A stretch of 27,652 nucleotides of DNA from a virus: IMG/VR virus record IMGVR_UViG_3300050821_012728. The stretch is one strand, 5' to 3'. A program made the position numbers and the translations under genes. The notes beneath the pieces are model-generated. The model worked only from the letters and a program-made list of their open reading frames with translations. It had not been told where the DNA came from and did no database searches. Shown piece after piece: positions 8,581-17,166 of this stretch (positions within the stretch are counted from its first letter, which is position 1; each line of letters begins with the position of its first letter).

Positions 8581-9582
8581 ATGACTAGGACAAATGCTGT
8601 GCTTGTCGGATGTGGAGTTGGGGACGCACTCGGGATGCCCTTCGAAACTCTTGGTGAGAAAGTGCATGAAGGGTTGCAAGACTGGGATGGCTCATACCGG
8701 GCTGGTACATGGCATAAGCTACCTCCGGGCCACTATACCGACGACACGGAGATGTCTATTTGTCTAGCGCAATCGCTGATTGCTAACCGAAATGGTTACA
8801 GTCTTAACGACGCCGCCTGGAGATATTTGGCTTGGTCCCAGTTAACTCCACACGGCATGGGTGACACTACCCGGAACGCTATGGTGAAGCTAAAACAAGG
8901 TTGCTCACCAGAGTCTAGCGGTATCTGGTTTGAGGACCCGAATGCTGTTGGCAGCGGCCCTCCTATGCGAGCATCGCCCCTAGGTGTTTTCTATCATGGC
9001 CGGTATGAGATGACTCGTGCTTGCTATAGGGATGCTTACATAACGCATCATAGTCCCGAGGCTATAGTTGCAAGCCTAGCAGTAGCTACTGCGGTTAGAA
9101 ATGGGCTCTATGGACATGAGTCAAGGACAATTCTTAAAATAGTGGTATCTGCTGTAGAGGCTGCAGAACGAATCCACGGGCAAACGCGTGTCGGAGACGA
9201 TCTTCGAAAATTCTGCACTTATTTGCCATTGTCCGAGTTCTCGCGGCGGGGAAACGCACGGTCAATTACAGTAACAGCGCTGCATTTTGCTCTTACAGCA
9301 ACTAATTTTCGTGATGGTGTAATTGCAGCTGTCAGATTTGGGGGTGACTGTGATACCCGTGGAGCTATTGCAGGGGCGATTCTTGGGGCTCGGTTCGGCC
9401 TAGAAGGTATTCCTGAAGAATACAAAATAGGACTACTTAATTTCGAACAGCTTCGTAAGCTCGACGAGGATCTACCCTGTAAGCATCCAGATAGCTACAT
9501 TGAACATGAAGGTATGACAGGAACGTTAGGACGGGTTATCTGTCCAACCTGTGGTCACGAACGAGAGTGGGACGCGTACTAA
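8581..9582 (+). CDS. ADP-ribosylglycohydrolase (ARH/DraG family) with C-terminal CxxC zinc ribbon
   Basis: N-terminal GCGVGDALGMPFE and HYTDDTEM motifs are typical of the ARH fold. C-terminus reads ICPTCGHEREW. Confidence 0.8.
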   Translation: MTRTNAVLVGCGVGDALGMPFETLGEKVHEGLQDWDGSYRAGTWHKLPPGHYTDDTEMSICLAQSLIANRNGYSLNDAAWRYLAWSQLTPHGMGDTTRNAMVKLKQGCSPESSGIWFEDPNAVGSGPPMRASPLGVFYHGRYEMTRACYRDAYITHHSPEAIVASLAVATAVRNGLYGHESRTILKIVVSAVEAAERIHGQTRVGDDLRKFCTYLPLSEFSRRGNARSITVTALHFALTATNFRDGVIAAVRFGGDCDTRGAIAGAILGARFGLEGIPEEYKIGLLNFEQLRKLDEDLPCKHPDSYIEHEGMTGTLGRVICPTCGHEREWDAY

Positions 9583-9585
9583 TTT

Positions 9586-10029
9586 ATGTCGGATCTCTAC
9601 TACCGTTTCCCGTATGGATCGTCTGATGTTCAAGACAAGGTCAAACATCTGAAAGACCGCGCGGATGCCCTTAGCGCCGTAGCAACTAAGTTAGACGGTG
9701 TAAGTGAGCAGACCATGCTGACCGAGATGGCTAAGTTGTACGCCTCGTTCGCGGGTTGCATGACTTTACTCGCAAAGCAAATACCATATAAAGTGGGTGA
9801 TAGGGTGTTCTTGGTCAAGGCACCTAAATGCGAAGGCGGTTGGGCATCTTCAAAGCATTTTCTGGTAGTCGGAGCGCCAGGTGATAACGAGTCGTGGATT
9901 GCATCGACGGATTTTGGTAAGTATGGTGACGAGCCTCCCCGAAAAGCCGGTGACGTTATTCCAGTCAAGCCTGAAGACAGACACGTATTTGGATTCTCGC
10001 GCGACTATATAGCTAAGTTTCCTATATAA
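9586..10029 (+). CDS. Hypothetical protein
   Basis: ORF tightly spaced after the ARH gene. Confidence 0.5.
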   Translation: MSDLYYRFPYGSSDVQDKVKHLKDRADALSAVATKLDGVSEQTMLTEMAKLYASFAGCMTLLAKQIPYKVGDRVFLVKAPKCEGGWASSKHFLVVGAPGDNESWIASTDFGKYGDEPPRKAGDVIPVKPEDRHVFGFSRDYIAKFPI

Positions 10030-10168
10030 AATGCCCAGAATACTGACTCTTAAAATCCAGTGCGACTACTGCAGTAACAGTGCAGATCACCAAGTTACAG
10101 TAATCAATACTGAAGGTGAGCTTAACGGGGCTACGATATTCACGATAAAGGAAGACCGGTGAAGATGA

Positions 10169-10441
10169 ATGGTAACAATGACGACTAACGACGACGAAAC
10201 GATCGATCGATCGAGCTGGACTCCTGAAGAAATAGAAGAAGAGCGGTTAGAGACGTTGATTTCGCCGTTGTTCGACATGTTCCTGAAGTTTCAGGACGAC
10301 TTTGCAGCAAAAGCCCTCGATGAGATCGGCCTCTCTGATGCGGACGCTGAAACCAAAGCACAGATTATGGAGAAATCCGATCTGAAGAATTCTAGATTTC
10401 GGATGGGATCAGCTTTTCGCTTATCTTCTTCGTCATGTTAA
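10169..10441 (+). CDS. Highly acidic small protein
   Basis: Asp/Glu-rich sequence. AAGGAAGA ribosome-binding site 13 nt upstream. Confidence 0.4.
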   Translation: MVTMTTNDDETIDRSSWTPEEIEEERLETLISPLFDMFLKFQDDFAAKALDEIGLSDADAETKAQIMEKSDLKNSRFRMGSAFRLSSSSC

Positions 10442-10454
10442 GACTGAACGAATT

Positions 10455-10571
10455 ATGCGCGAATGGCATGCTAAAATCAATGCGTGCTGGCCAAACGGAC
10501 TTCCGCACGCTGTATCGTTTGAACAGATACAGGAGGCGTATGAGAAACTACCGCCTAAGGGCGAAACCTAA
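10455..10571 (+). CDS. 38-aa ORF, translationally coupled to the next gene
   Basis: ATG…TAA with the TAATG overlap onto ATG 10571. Below the ORF-track size cutoff. Confidence 0.2.
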   Translation: MREWHAKINACWPNGLPHAVSFEQIQEAYEKLPPKGET

Positions 10572-10804
10572 TGGACGATCTGCCTGAAAATCTGCCTGAA
10601 GTAGACCTCACTGCTGAAGACGTTATCACTACGACCTGTGAGTACTGCGGTCGTAAATACTGGATTCTACCTTCTCACGACGAAGGCGCAATTGCTCACG
10701 AAACTCCTAGTTGCCCAGATTTCTTAGCCTTGGATGCGGTCGAATTTATTAGTCGTAACAATAAGATCAAGCTAGGAAAGCTTGATAAGGCGCCAAAAGC
10801 TTGA
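10571..10804 (+). CDS. Small Cys/His zinc-ribbon-like protein
   Basis: CEYCG…H…SCPDF pattern. AAGGG ribosome-binding site. Confidence 0.5.
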   Translation: MDDLPENLPEVDLTAEDVITTTCEYCGRKYWILPSHDEGAIAHETPSCPDFLALDAVEFISRNNKIKLGKLDKAPKA

Positions 10805-11259
10805 AGCGGCCAACCGTAGTTTGGCCTGACGATCGACTACGTCAGCCGTCGGTAGCTATAAGCACGATCACGAACTCAGTTCGTGAGCTTTATCGTGATC
10901 TATGCGATAGCATGCGAGCTGAAGACGGCCTGGGTATGGCGGCTATTCAAATCGGTGATCCTCGGCGGATGTTCATCGTGAATCCTACGCTTGTAGGTAA
11001 AGCTCACGCTCCTCCGTTTGTATTTATCAATCCCGAGATCATATCTGTCTCTAAAGAAACAGAGGAGACCGAAGAGGGCTGTCTGTCATTCCCAGGTGTT
11101 GTCGTTAAGGTCGATCGGCCGGTGAGAGCCCGATTTCGTGCGTTGAATCTGTACCGTAAGCAATTCGAGCTGGAAGGTGAAGGCTTGCTAGCTCGGTGTA
11201 TGCTGCATGAATACGATCATTTGATCGGTCGGTTGATGACTGACTACGGCAATAAATAA
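10801..11259 (+). CDS. def: Peptide deformylase
   Basis: The three deformylase motifs are present: GMAAIQIG (motif I), EGCLSFPG (motif II) and HEYDHLIG (motif III). TTG start overlaps the upstream stop in a TTGA arrangement. Confidence 0.85.
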   Translation: MKRPTVVWPDDRLRQPSVAISTITNSVRELYRDLCDSMRAEDGLGMAAIQIGDPRRMFIVNPTLVGKAHAPPFVFINPEIISVSKETEETEEGCLSFPGVVVKVDRPVRARFRALNLYRKQFELEGEGLLARCMLHEYDHLIGRLMTDYGNK

Positions 11260-11261
11260 CT

Positions 11262-11720
11262 CTAAAGCTTTTTCTTTAGTTCTGTAATTTCTTTGAGTTT
11301 CTGATCCGCTTCAGCCTGTAGCTGGGCTATACGTTTCTTGTTCGATTCATGGTCGACACGTTCAACCAGATCGCTCCACGTTGACTCGCCATCGAGTAAG
11401 CCATGTACATCATCGAATGGTTTACCTTCTCTGTGCCCGTGCCAGTGGTAGTGTGAATATCTATATGGCCGTTTATCTATCCAGTTAAGGTGGCCTACTG
11501 CGATTACCTTTCCAGTAACACCGTCCACAACTTCTACACATTCAGTCTCCACAACCTCTATACATTCAGCCGCAAATATTTGATCGTCGTGGACATACTT
11601 ACGTGGTACCGCAGCTAAGGCTTCAACGCGGTCGTCTACTTGTGTAAGTTTTGTCCAACTCTTGTGACAACAGCTGCAACGGTATCCGTTGTTGGTCGTT
11701 AATTTAACGAAATACGTCAT
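11262..11720 (-). CDS. Hypothetical protein with N-terminal RCxxCxKS zinc-ribbon-like motif and C-terminal coiled coil
   Basis: Contains a 24-bp in-frame tandem repeat (ECIEVVET/ECVEVVDG). Its N-terminus is paralogous to the upstream gene. Confidence 0.5.
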   Translation of the reverse strand: MTYFVKLTTNNGYRCSCCHKSWTKLTQVDDRVEALAAVPRKYVHDDQIFAAECIEVVETECVEVVDGVTGKVIAVGHLNWIDKRPYRYSHYHWHGHREGKPFDDVHGLLDGESTWSDLVERVDHESNKKRIAQLQAEADQKLKEITELKKKL

Positions 11721-11725
11721 TCTCT

Positions 11726-12043
11726 TTAGTACTTGTAGTCGTACTCAGCAGTCTCGTCTTCATCTTCGAAGTCGTCCTGACGCACCGTGTGAACAATAGG
11801 CGGCAATGGAGTGACCGCCACTAATGGCTCACAAGCCTTGTGGACGAGAACCTCACGGACGATTTCATGGCCGTCACCGCCATAATCAAACGTACCGTCT
11901 AGGCGCTCATATCGCATGTAAGACCGGTGGCGGAACTCAACTGGAACACGAACCGGCTGCTCATGTAGCTGAGATGACTTATCGCAAAATTGACAGCGAA
12001 ACATCGTGAAAGCGACTAAACCACGTTGGTACCCGCCTGTCAA
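11726..12043 (-). CDS. Hypothetical protein, N-terminus paralogous to 11262..11720, acidic C-terminus
   Basis: FRCQFCDKSSQL…RV in this protein matches YRCSCCHKSWTKL…RV in the neighbour. TTG start. Confidence 0.45.
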   Translation of the reverse strand: MTGGYQRGLVAFTMFRCQFCDKSSQLHEQPVRVPVEFRHRSYMRYERLDGTFDYGGDGHEIVREVLVHKACEPLVAVTPLPPIVHTVRQDDFEDEDETAEYDYKY

Positions 12044-12132
12044 GCCTTAGGAAATAGCTAACTATTTGATTTCTTAAAAGAACAGAACTTACTTTACTGA
12101 AACCCGTTCAGTTGCTATGGTAAGTCACACAA

Positions 12133-12681
12133 ATGGCCCCTGATAACACTCAAGAACCAACCGTTTCCATACCGATCTCCCAGTACGACAACCTTCGAGA
12201 TCGTATTCGCGACCTTAATCGTGAGCTAACTGAAACGCAGAAAGCCGTAGCAGCAGCTAAGCTATCCGATCCCGCTGGGACCATAGCTGCGTATCAAGCT
12301 GCGTTCGCTGAAGCTGTAGCTATCGTTCAGTACGCGGTAGCCAACTTAGACCCATCGACCGTGGCTGGATGGCCATATGCAGCCCTGTACAAGATCGCAA
12401 ACGCGATCGAGACCCTGCCAGGGGTCAACATGCACACCAAGGAAGTCGCCCCGGATATGCGACTATTTGCAGATTCAGCTCGCTCATACGAAGAGTGGCG
12501 AAAAGAGCGCGACGCTAAGAAAGTGGTTGTGCCAGCAACAGGCTCAGACTTTGGTCCTAAGACGCCTGCTGCTGCTGAGGCACACGCCAATCATATGGCC
12601 AAGCTAGCAGAGGTGGCAGCCGATAACGCGCCTGCTGGAGGCCCTATGCCGATTCAAGACACGATTGACTCATCGCGATAA
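12133..12681 (+). CDS. Hypothetical Ala-rich protein
   Basis: Isolated plus-strand ORF flanked by divergent and convergent intergenic regions. Confidence 0.55.
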   Translation: MAPDNTQEPTVSIPISQYDNLRDRIRDLNRELTETQKAVAAAKLSDPAGTIAAYQAAFAEAVAIVQYAVANLDPSTVAGWPYAALYKIANAIETLPGVNMHTKEVAPDMRLFADSARSYEEWRKERDAKKVVVPATGSDFGPKTPAAAEAHANHMAKLAEVAADNAPAGGPMPIQDTIDSSR

Positions 12682-12829
12682 GTCCATTTCAATAACGAAT
12701 TGTGCAGAAAAGTGTAAGGCTAGGCCAGGGTCCTTTAAGAGATCTGCACAGGATATGTGTACCCATCCGATATTGGTATTGGGGCTGACAGTAATGCTGC
12801 GTGTGCTTTCTTAACTTTGAATAAGTTTT

Positions 12830-12988
12830 CTACGCCAGTAACCGATTTAGGCTCTCGACGTCGCAGGCAATGTAGACTGCATCGGTTAGTAGTTTTGTTA
12901 CAACTTCCCAAGCGCCCGCAGACTTTGCTGCCTCAACTGCATCGTGAAGACGTAATAATTGCTTAGCTTTACGTTTGCCGCGGCGCAT
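12830..12988 (-). CDS. Small basic protein (MRRGKRKAKQ…)
   Basis: ATG sits 1 nt after the stop of the upstream gene. GGAG-type ribosome-binding site. The long 12830..13150 ORF is probably an out-of-frame extension of this gene. Confidence 0.35.
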   Translation of the reverse strand: MRRGKRKAKQLLRLHDAVEAAKSAGAWEVVTKLLTDAVYIACDVESLNRLLA

Positions 12989-12989
12989 A

Positions 12990-13400
12990 TTATTTTTGCT
13001 CCCCCAGATAGGTCTTGTAATTCTCTGAGAACGTCTTCCAACAGGTCTCATCGTCACAGACCCACGCATACACAGGATGCCTAGACAGTAAATTCGATCT
13101 TGGATAGCTTTGTGGTAACGAAAGCCTTCCTGTGTTGGGCGCAGTATCAAGTAACTTTACTGCGTACCGACACCTAATTGGTGCTGCAATCAGGCCTGAA
13201 ACACAAATTCGGTGACCGCGATAGAAATCGACGCTGGTATTAGAGAACGTTACCAGCCAGAGCAATCGTTCTACTATTAACTTCGCTGATTCTCTAGCGT
13301 CCTGCCCAACTGCGCGTTCGTTGTGACGCTGAAATCGCTTGAAGATCTCCAAGAAATAGGTCTTGCAGATCCGATTATTAGACCACTCTTTCAGGCGCAT
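12990..13400 (-). CDS. Hypothetical protein
   Basis: 136-aa ORF, coupled to the downstream small gene. Confidence 0.45.
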   Translation of the reverse strand: MRLKEWSNNRICKTYFLEIFKRFQRHNERAVGQDARESAKLIVERLLWLVTFSNTSVDFYRGHRICVSGLIAAPIRCRYAVKLLDTAPNTGRLSLPQSYPRSNLLSRHPVYAWVCDDETCWKTFSENYKTYLGEQK

Positions 13401-13496
13401 CTAGTGTCCAGGGTTCGTGTTGGATCTCAGACATACCGTCGCCGTCGTCGTATGGTAGGAACATGAAAGTGTACCAGACAGTCAACGCGATAGCGG

Positions 13497-13859
13497 CTAT
13501 GAACATGATTTTTGTGCGCGTTTAGCCCGTTTAGCCATCTTAGTCAACTCGTTTCGCCATTTCCTCGCGTTGATCATTTCACCGCTATCAATGTCGGCCT
13601 CGATGCACTCCTGCAGCATAGCCGGCATACTTCCAGGGGAGCCGTATTGCCCATGGACCTTAGCAAACTCCTCGACCATCTCGTTGCAGCGCATGCATTT
13701 TTTCTCTGTTGTTATTTCTCCGTCGAACCGAGAAAAGTGCTTCATGTAACGTTTGCCAGGCAAGATCACCCCATGGCAGCAGTCACATATGTGCCTCTTG
13801 TTAGCCTTGACAGCTGTTTCCGTGAATACTTCACAGGGTTCTAGATCAATTCGACACAT
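13497..13859 (-). CDS. Cys-rich (multi-CxxC) zinc-binding protein
   Basis: CDCCHG and CMRCNE motifs. Confidence 0.5.
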   Translation of the reverse strand: MCRIDLEPCEVFTETAVKANKRHICDCCHGVILPGKRYMKHFSRFDGEITTEKKCMRCNEMVEEFAKVHGQYGSPGSMPAMLQECIEADIDSGEMINARKWRNELTKMAKRAKRAQKSCS

Positions 13860-13862
13860 AGC

Positions 13863-14219
13863 TTAATAGGAATCACCTGTTAAGTCACGGAACGAACAGC
13901 CGTCACGGTCTTTGCCTGTTGTTTCATGCCCGTTAGGAAGATAGCAGCGCATATTCTTCGTGCAGGCTTGGCGCCATATAGGAATTCCAGCCGAATTAAC
14001 CGCAGCTGTAAGTTTGGAGGGATCGTTTACCGGCTTGTGAAGACTGTCTGGACGCGCTGTTACACAATACGCTATCTCATGCAACGACAGGACGTTGACT
14101 CGTACAAGAGGCACGTAGTCACCGTTATTGGTTAGCCCTAACGTATCCTCCAGATACGCCTTATCGGCATCGTTTTCAGGAATTACTCTGATGCCATAAC
14201 GCCCTTGTTCGAACTTCAT
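13863..14219 (-). CDS. Hypothetical protein
   Basis: ORF packed tightly between neighbouring genes. Confidence 0.5.
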   Translation of the reverse strand: MKFEQGRYGIRVIPENDADKAYLEDTLGLTNNGDYVPLVRVNVLSLHEIAYCVTARPDSLHKPVNDPSKLTAAVNSAGIPIWRQACTKNMRCYLPNGHETTGKDRDGCSFRDLTGDSY

Positions 14220-14381
14220 TTATTTCTTTCTTTCTCCAGTATGTCTACGATTTGTTTGATTAGTGGCTCTGGAAGTCGACTTACGACTACGCGCATAGCT
14301 AATCTAATACCAATCCAAGCGCCTAACAGGAATGAGCTTATGCCTAGCCCAATAATTCCAAGAATCAGGGTATCGTCCATT
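14220..14381 (-). CDS. 53-aa single-TM membrane protein
   Basis: MDDTLILGIIGLGISSFLLGAWIGIRLAM… Its stop abuts the start of the next gene. Below the ORF-track cutoff. Confidence 0.3.
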
Positions 14382-14439
14382 TGAAATACGGCTCGGTTTT
14401 AGCCTGCTTCAACTACCAAGTCAAGAACGTGATACGATC

Positions 14440-14631
14440 ATGCGTATGGTCGCGTCGTGGGAGCTGATCGTCTGCCTGTTCGTCTTGATGTATTTCGTGT
14501 CTGTGTTAACAATCGCCAACCGGTTACGCAAGCGTGAGCAAGCAGTACGAAGATTTCTGGAACAAGAACGTGAAGATGGAGAACAACATAAACGCAAGCA
14601 AACGCAATTTTCATCCAAGGTGATCCAATGA
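14440..14631 (+). CDS. Small TM-anchored protein preceding the glycosyltransferase
   Basis: Hydrophobic N-terminus, charged C-terminus. Stop overlaps the glycosyltransferase start in an ATGA arrangement. Confidence 0.4.
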   Translation: MRMVASWELIVCLFVLMYFVSVLTIANRLRKREQAVRRFLEQEREDGEQHKRKQTQFSSKVIQ

Positions 14632-15308
14632 TCCCAAAGGCGCTACAACAGGTTTGGTTAGGGCCCCGTCGGTGTCCAATTGAAGCCATAAATACTTGGA
14701 AATATAAAAATCCAGGTCTTGAGCATAAACTTTGGACTGAAGCCGATCTACCAAACCTGACGCTCAGGAATCAAGAATTATTTGATGCCTTTAACGGTGT
14801 CTACCATGCTCAGGCAGACATTCTGCGCTACGAATTGCTTTATCAATTTGGTGGGTTAGCTTTCGATGCAGATAGTATCTGTATCCGTGCTCTGGATGAT
14901 CGTTTCTTTGAAGTACAAGCAGGTGCCTGGGCTTGTAGTGAAAATAACAACGGGTTGCTAGCTTGTGGATTCATGGGGAGTGAGCCTCAGCATCCGTTGT
15001 TTAAAGCCGTACTTGATGAACTGGCTAACCTGGATGTTGAAGCAATAAAGAATGAAGATCGCCAAGAACTTTACGGAGCTACTTGGGTCCTAACCGGTCC
15101 GTGTTGTCTTAGTGAGGTTGTGAAGGCCAGCGGGATCCAACTCAAGACGTTTCCTGGTCATTGGTTCTTTCCTACCCATCATGATGGGACTGAATATATC
15201 GGGGACGACAAGCCGTGGGCCTATCATTGGTGGGGCACTACGCACAAGAGCTACGAAAATCCAGTTGTGATCGAAGCCATAAAAAAACTTATCAAGGAAA
15301 ATTCTTGA
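14628..15308 (+). CDS. GT32-family glycosyltransferase (DXD 'Gly_transf_sug', OCH1/TcdA-B-like)
   Basis: IPKALQQVWLG…HKLWTE…ADILRYELLYQFGGLAFDADSICIRALD matches the family signature, including the DxD motif. AGGTGA ribosome-binding site. Confidence 0.8.
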   Translation: MIPKALQQVWLGPRRCPIEAINTWKYKNPGLEHKLWTEADLPNLTLRNQELFDAFNGVYHAQADILRYELLYQFGGLAFDADSICIRALDDRFFEVQAGAWACSENNNGLLACGFMGSEPQHPLFKAVLDELANLDVEAIKNEDRQELYGATWVLTGPCCLSEVVKASGIQLKTFPGHWFFPTHHDGTEYIGDDKPWAYHWWGTTHKSYENPVVIEAIKKLIKENS

Positions 15309-15406
15309 CAGATTACTGTTGGCCGTTCACTGTTCGGTTGAATGGAAACATACATCGTCCTATTTAATCTGTTCGTCGGTACATTTCTAGTGGGTGCATT
15401 TGCCGC

Positions 15407-15700
15407 TTGGTATGCAAACAGGCCAAACAAGCCGGGAAATTGATCGTGTTGAAATTTATTTTCGTGGTCCTGCCGCTTACTTTGACGTCTTGTAGCGTAA
15501 GTGACCCTAGAACTTTGTACCGTTGTGTAGGTACCTGGACTTGTGACGGTTCATCGGTCATGCATGATGACGTTCTAGAACTCACTCCAGCATCGGCTGT
15601 AGATGAAGAGAATTCCTGGGAACGCTCTTGCGTGCAAACCGAGGAGTCACGCTGTTCAACTTGGTCCTGTTCCGATGCTTGTACGCTTTTCAGCGATTAG
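15407..15700 (+). CDS. Cys-rich lipoprotein
   Basis: Signal peptide with an LTSC lipobox. The mature part has 7 Cys. The TTG start is uncertain. Confidence 0.4.
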   Translation: MVCKQAKQAGKLIVLKFIFVVLPLTLTSCSVSDPRTLYRCVGTWTCDGSSVMHDDVLELTPASAVDEENSWERSCVQTEESRCSTWSCSDACTLFSD

Positions 15701-15710
15701 AAAGTTACTC

Positions 15711-15739
15711 TTGACAAGTTACGGCCATTGCTTTATTTA
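15711..15739 (+). promoter_or_regulatory. Candidate promoter for the DGQHR gene
   Basis: Perfect TTGACA -35, a 17-nt spacer, then TATTTA, about 13 nt before ATG 15753. Confidence 0.4.
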
Positions 15740-15752
15740 TCCGAGAAATTAA

Positions 15753-16703
15753 ATGACCCATCTCAAGATCGTTAAGCCGACTTCTTCGGCGCAGAAGAAT
15801 ACAGAGACAACGCTCAACACAGTTGAGGTCACGCCAACTGAAGTTCAGTCTTGGCAGATTCCTGAATTTCAGCGTGAGCTTAAGATCACTGCAAAGGTCT
15901 TGCAGATCAGTGAAGAGATGCGAGAGAATGGTGTGATTCCTGGTGTGATTACACTCGGGTATCTTGGGAATGACATTTTCCTTGTCGATGGCCAGCATCG
16001 TTGTGCTGCCTTCCTTCACACGGAGCTGCCAAAGGGCTATTGTGATCTTCGTATCCTGCATTTCCAGGATATGGCAGAGATGGCCGAGGAATTCGTCGAT
16101 CTAAATAGCCGTCTAGTGCCGATCAAGCCGGATGACATTTTACGCGGAATCGAGAGTTCATACGGACCGCTAGCTAAGGTTCGTGCAGCTTGCCCGTTTG
16201 TGGGTTACTCGCAGATTCGTCGTGGCCCCGCCAATCCTATTATGTCAATGTCTGTAGCGCTGCGATGCTGGTATGGGTCTATGACGCCTGTGCCCAAGCA
16301 AGGCAGCGGAAGTGCACCTCAGCTAGGCAAGCAGTTGACCGTAGAGGAGTCCGATAACTTGATCAAGTTTTTGGAGTGTGCTCATACAGCGTGGGGACGA
16401 GACGCTGCCTACACTGGACTCTGGCACGCTTTGAACATGACCTTGTGTATGTGGGTGTTCAGGAATCTGGTTCTTAGCGTTTATTCTCCCAAGTCGCCCC
16501 GATTGACTTCGGCACAGTTTACTCGATGTCTTATGAGTCTATCGGCCGATGACCACTACATCGAGTGGCTGCATAGCAGGAAAGTCACCAAACGCGATAT
16601 TGCGCCGGCATACAGTCGAATCAAGACGATTTTTGCACGCCGTTTGGGTGAAGAGTTGAAGAAGAAAGTGCTACTACCCGCACCGGGTTGGGCGACGTCG
16701 TAA
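15753..16703 (+). CDS. DGQHR-domain protein (ParB/Srx-fold, DndB/DpdB-like)
   Basis: Literal FLVDGQHRCAAF motif inside an N-terminal ParB-like segment. Confidence 0.75.
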   Translation: MTHLKIVKPTSSAQKNTETTLNTVEVTPTEVQSWQIPEFQRELKITAKVLQISEEMRENGVIPGVITLGYLGNDIFLVDGQHRCAAFLHTELPKGYCDLRILHFQDMAEMAEEFVDLNSRLVPIKPDDILRGIESSYGPLAKVRAACPFVGYSQIRRGPANPIMSMSVALRCWYGSMTPVPKQGSGSAPQLGKQLTVEESDNLIKFLECAHTAWGRDAAYTGLWHALNMTLCMWVFRNLVLSVYSPKSPRLTSAQFTRCLMSLSADDHYIEWLHSRKVTKRDIAPAYSRIKTIFARRLGEELKKKVLLPAPGWATS

Positions 16704-16721
16704 AACTATTGTAAGGAGAAA

Positions 16722-16922
16722 ATGTGCAATGGGACTTGTAACTACCAGACTGATTACATGCTAGCTCTAATTACCGTCGGAATCTCATTGCTAGGATTAG
16801 TAGCTATTCTGGATATTATCGGTATTCTTCAAGGTAATCCAGACGAAAAGGTACTAATGTCAGTCAACTTAGTACCTATAAGCTTTGCTATAATCGTTCT
16901 AGCCTTGAATATTCATTGTTGA
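16722..16922 (+). CDS. Small 2-TM membrane protein
   Basis: AAGGAG ribosome-binding site. Two hydrophobic helices. Confidence 0.4.
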   Translation: MCNGTCNYQTDYMLALITVGISLLGLVAILDIIGILQGNPDEKVLMSVNLVPISFAIIVLALNIHC

Positions 16923-16944
16923 AAACTGTGCTAGGTCAATTAAA

Positions 16945-17166
16945 TTGAAACCCTTCAAAGCCGGAGAGACGCCTACAAGTCAATTGATCATGCTCCTGAT
17001 TGATGGGCAGGCTATGAGCATGTCATTATTCGACGCTGAAGAACTAGCTCCAGGTGGACTTACTTCTGAACAACGTCGTCCGATTATTATCAATGCTATT
17101 ACTGATATAGTAGCGGAAATCGATAGACGGGTTCCTATAGATCCTGTAGAAACACCTAATGATTAG
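16945..17166 (+). CDS. Hypothetical small protein
   Basis: TTG start with no RBS. Acidic sequence. Confidence 0.3.
   Translation: MKPFKAGETPTSQLIMLLIDGQAMSMSLFDAEELAPGGLTSEQRRPIIINAITDIVAEIDRRVPIDPVETPND

Noticed and set aside
12757-13150. ORF 12757-12966 (+) and the long version of 12830-13150 (-)
   Set aside because: The plus-strand ORF overlaps a better minus-strand gene. The long minus-strand ORF overlaps the preceding gene by 160 nt, whereas an internal ATG with an RBS gives a clean coupled 52-aa gene.
13378-13506. 42-aa minus-strand ORF with a hydrophobic N-terminus in the 13401-13496 gap
   Set aside because: It overlaps both neighbours in other frames. It has no clear ribosome-binding site and is too weak to call.
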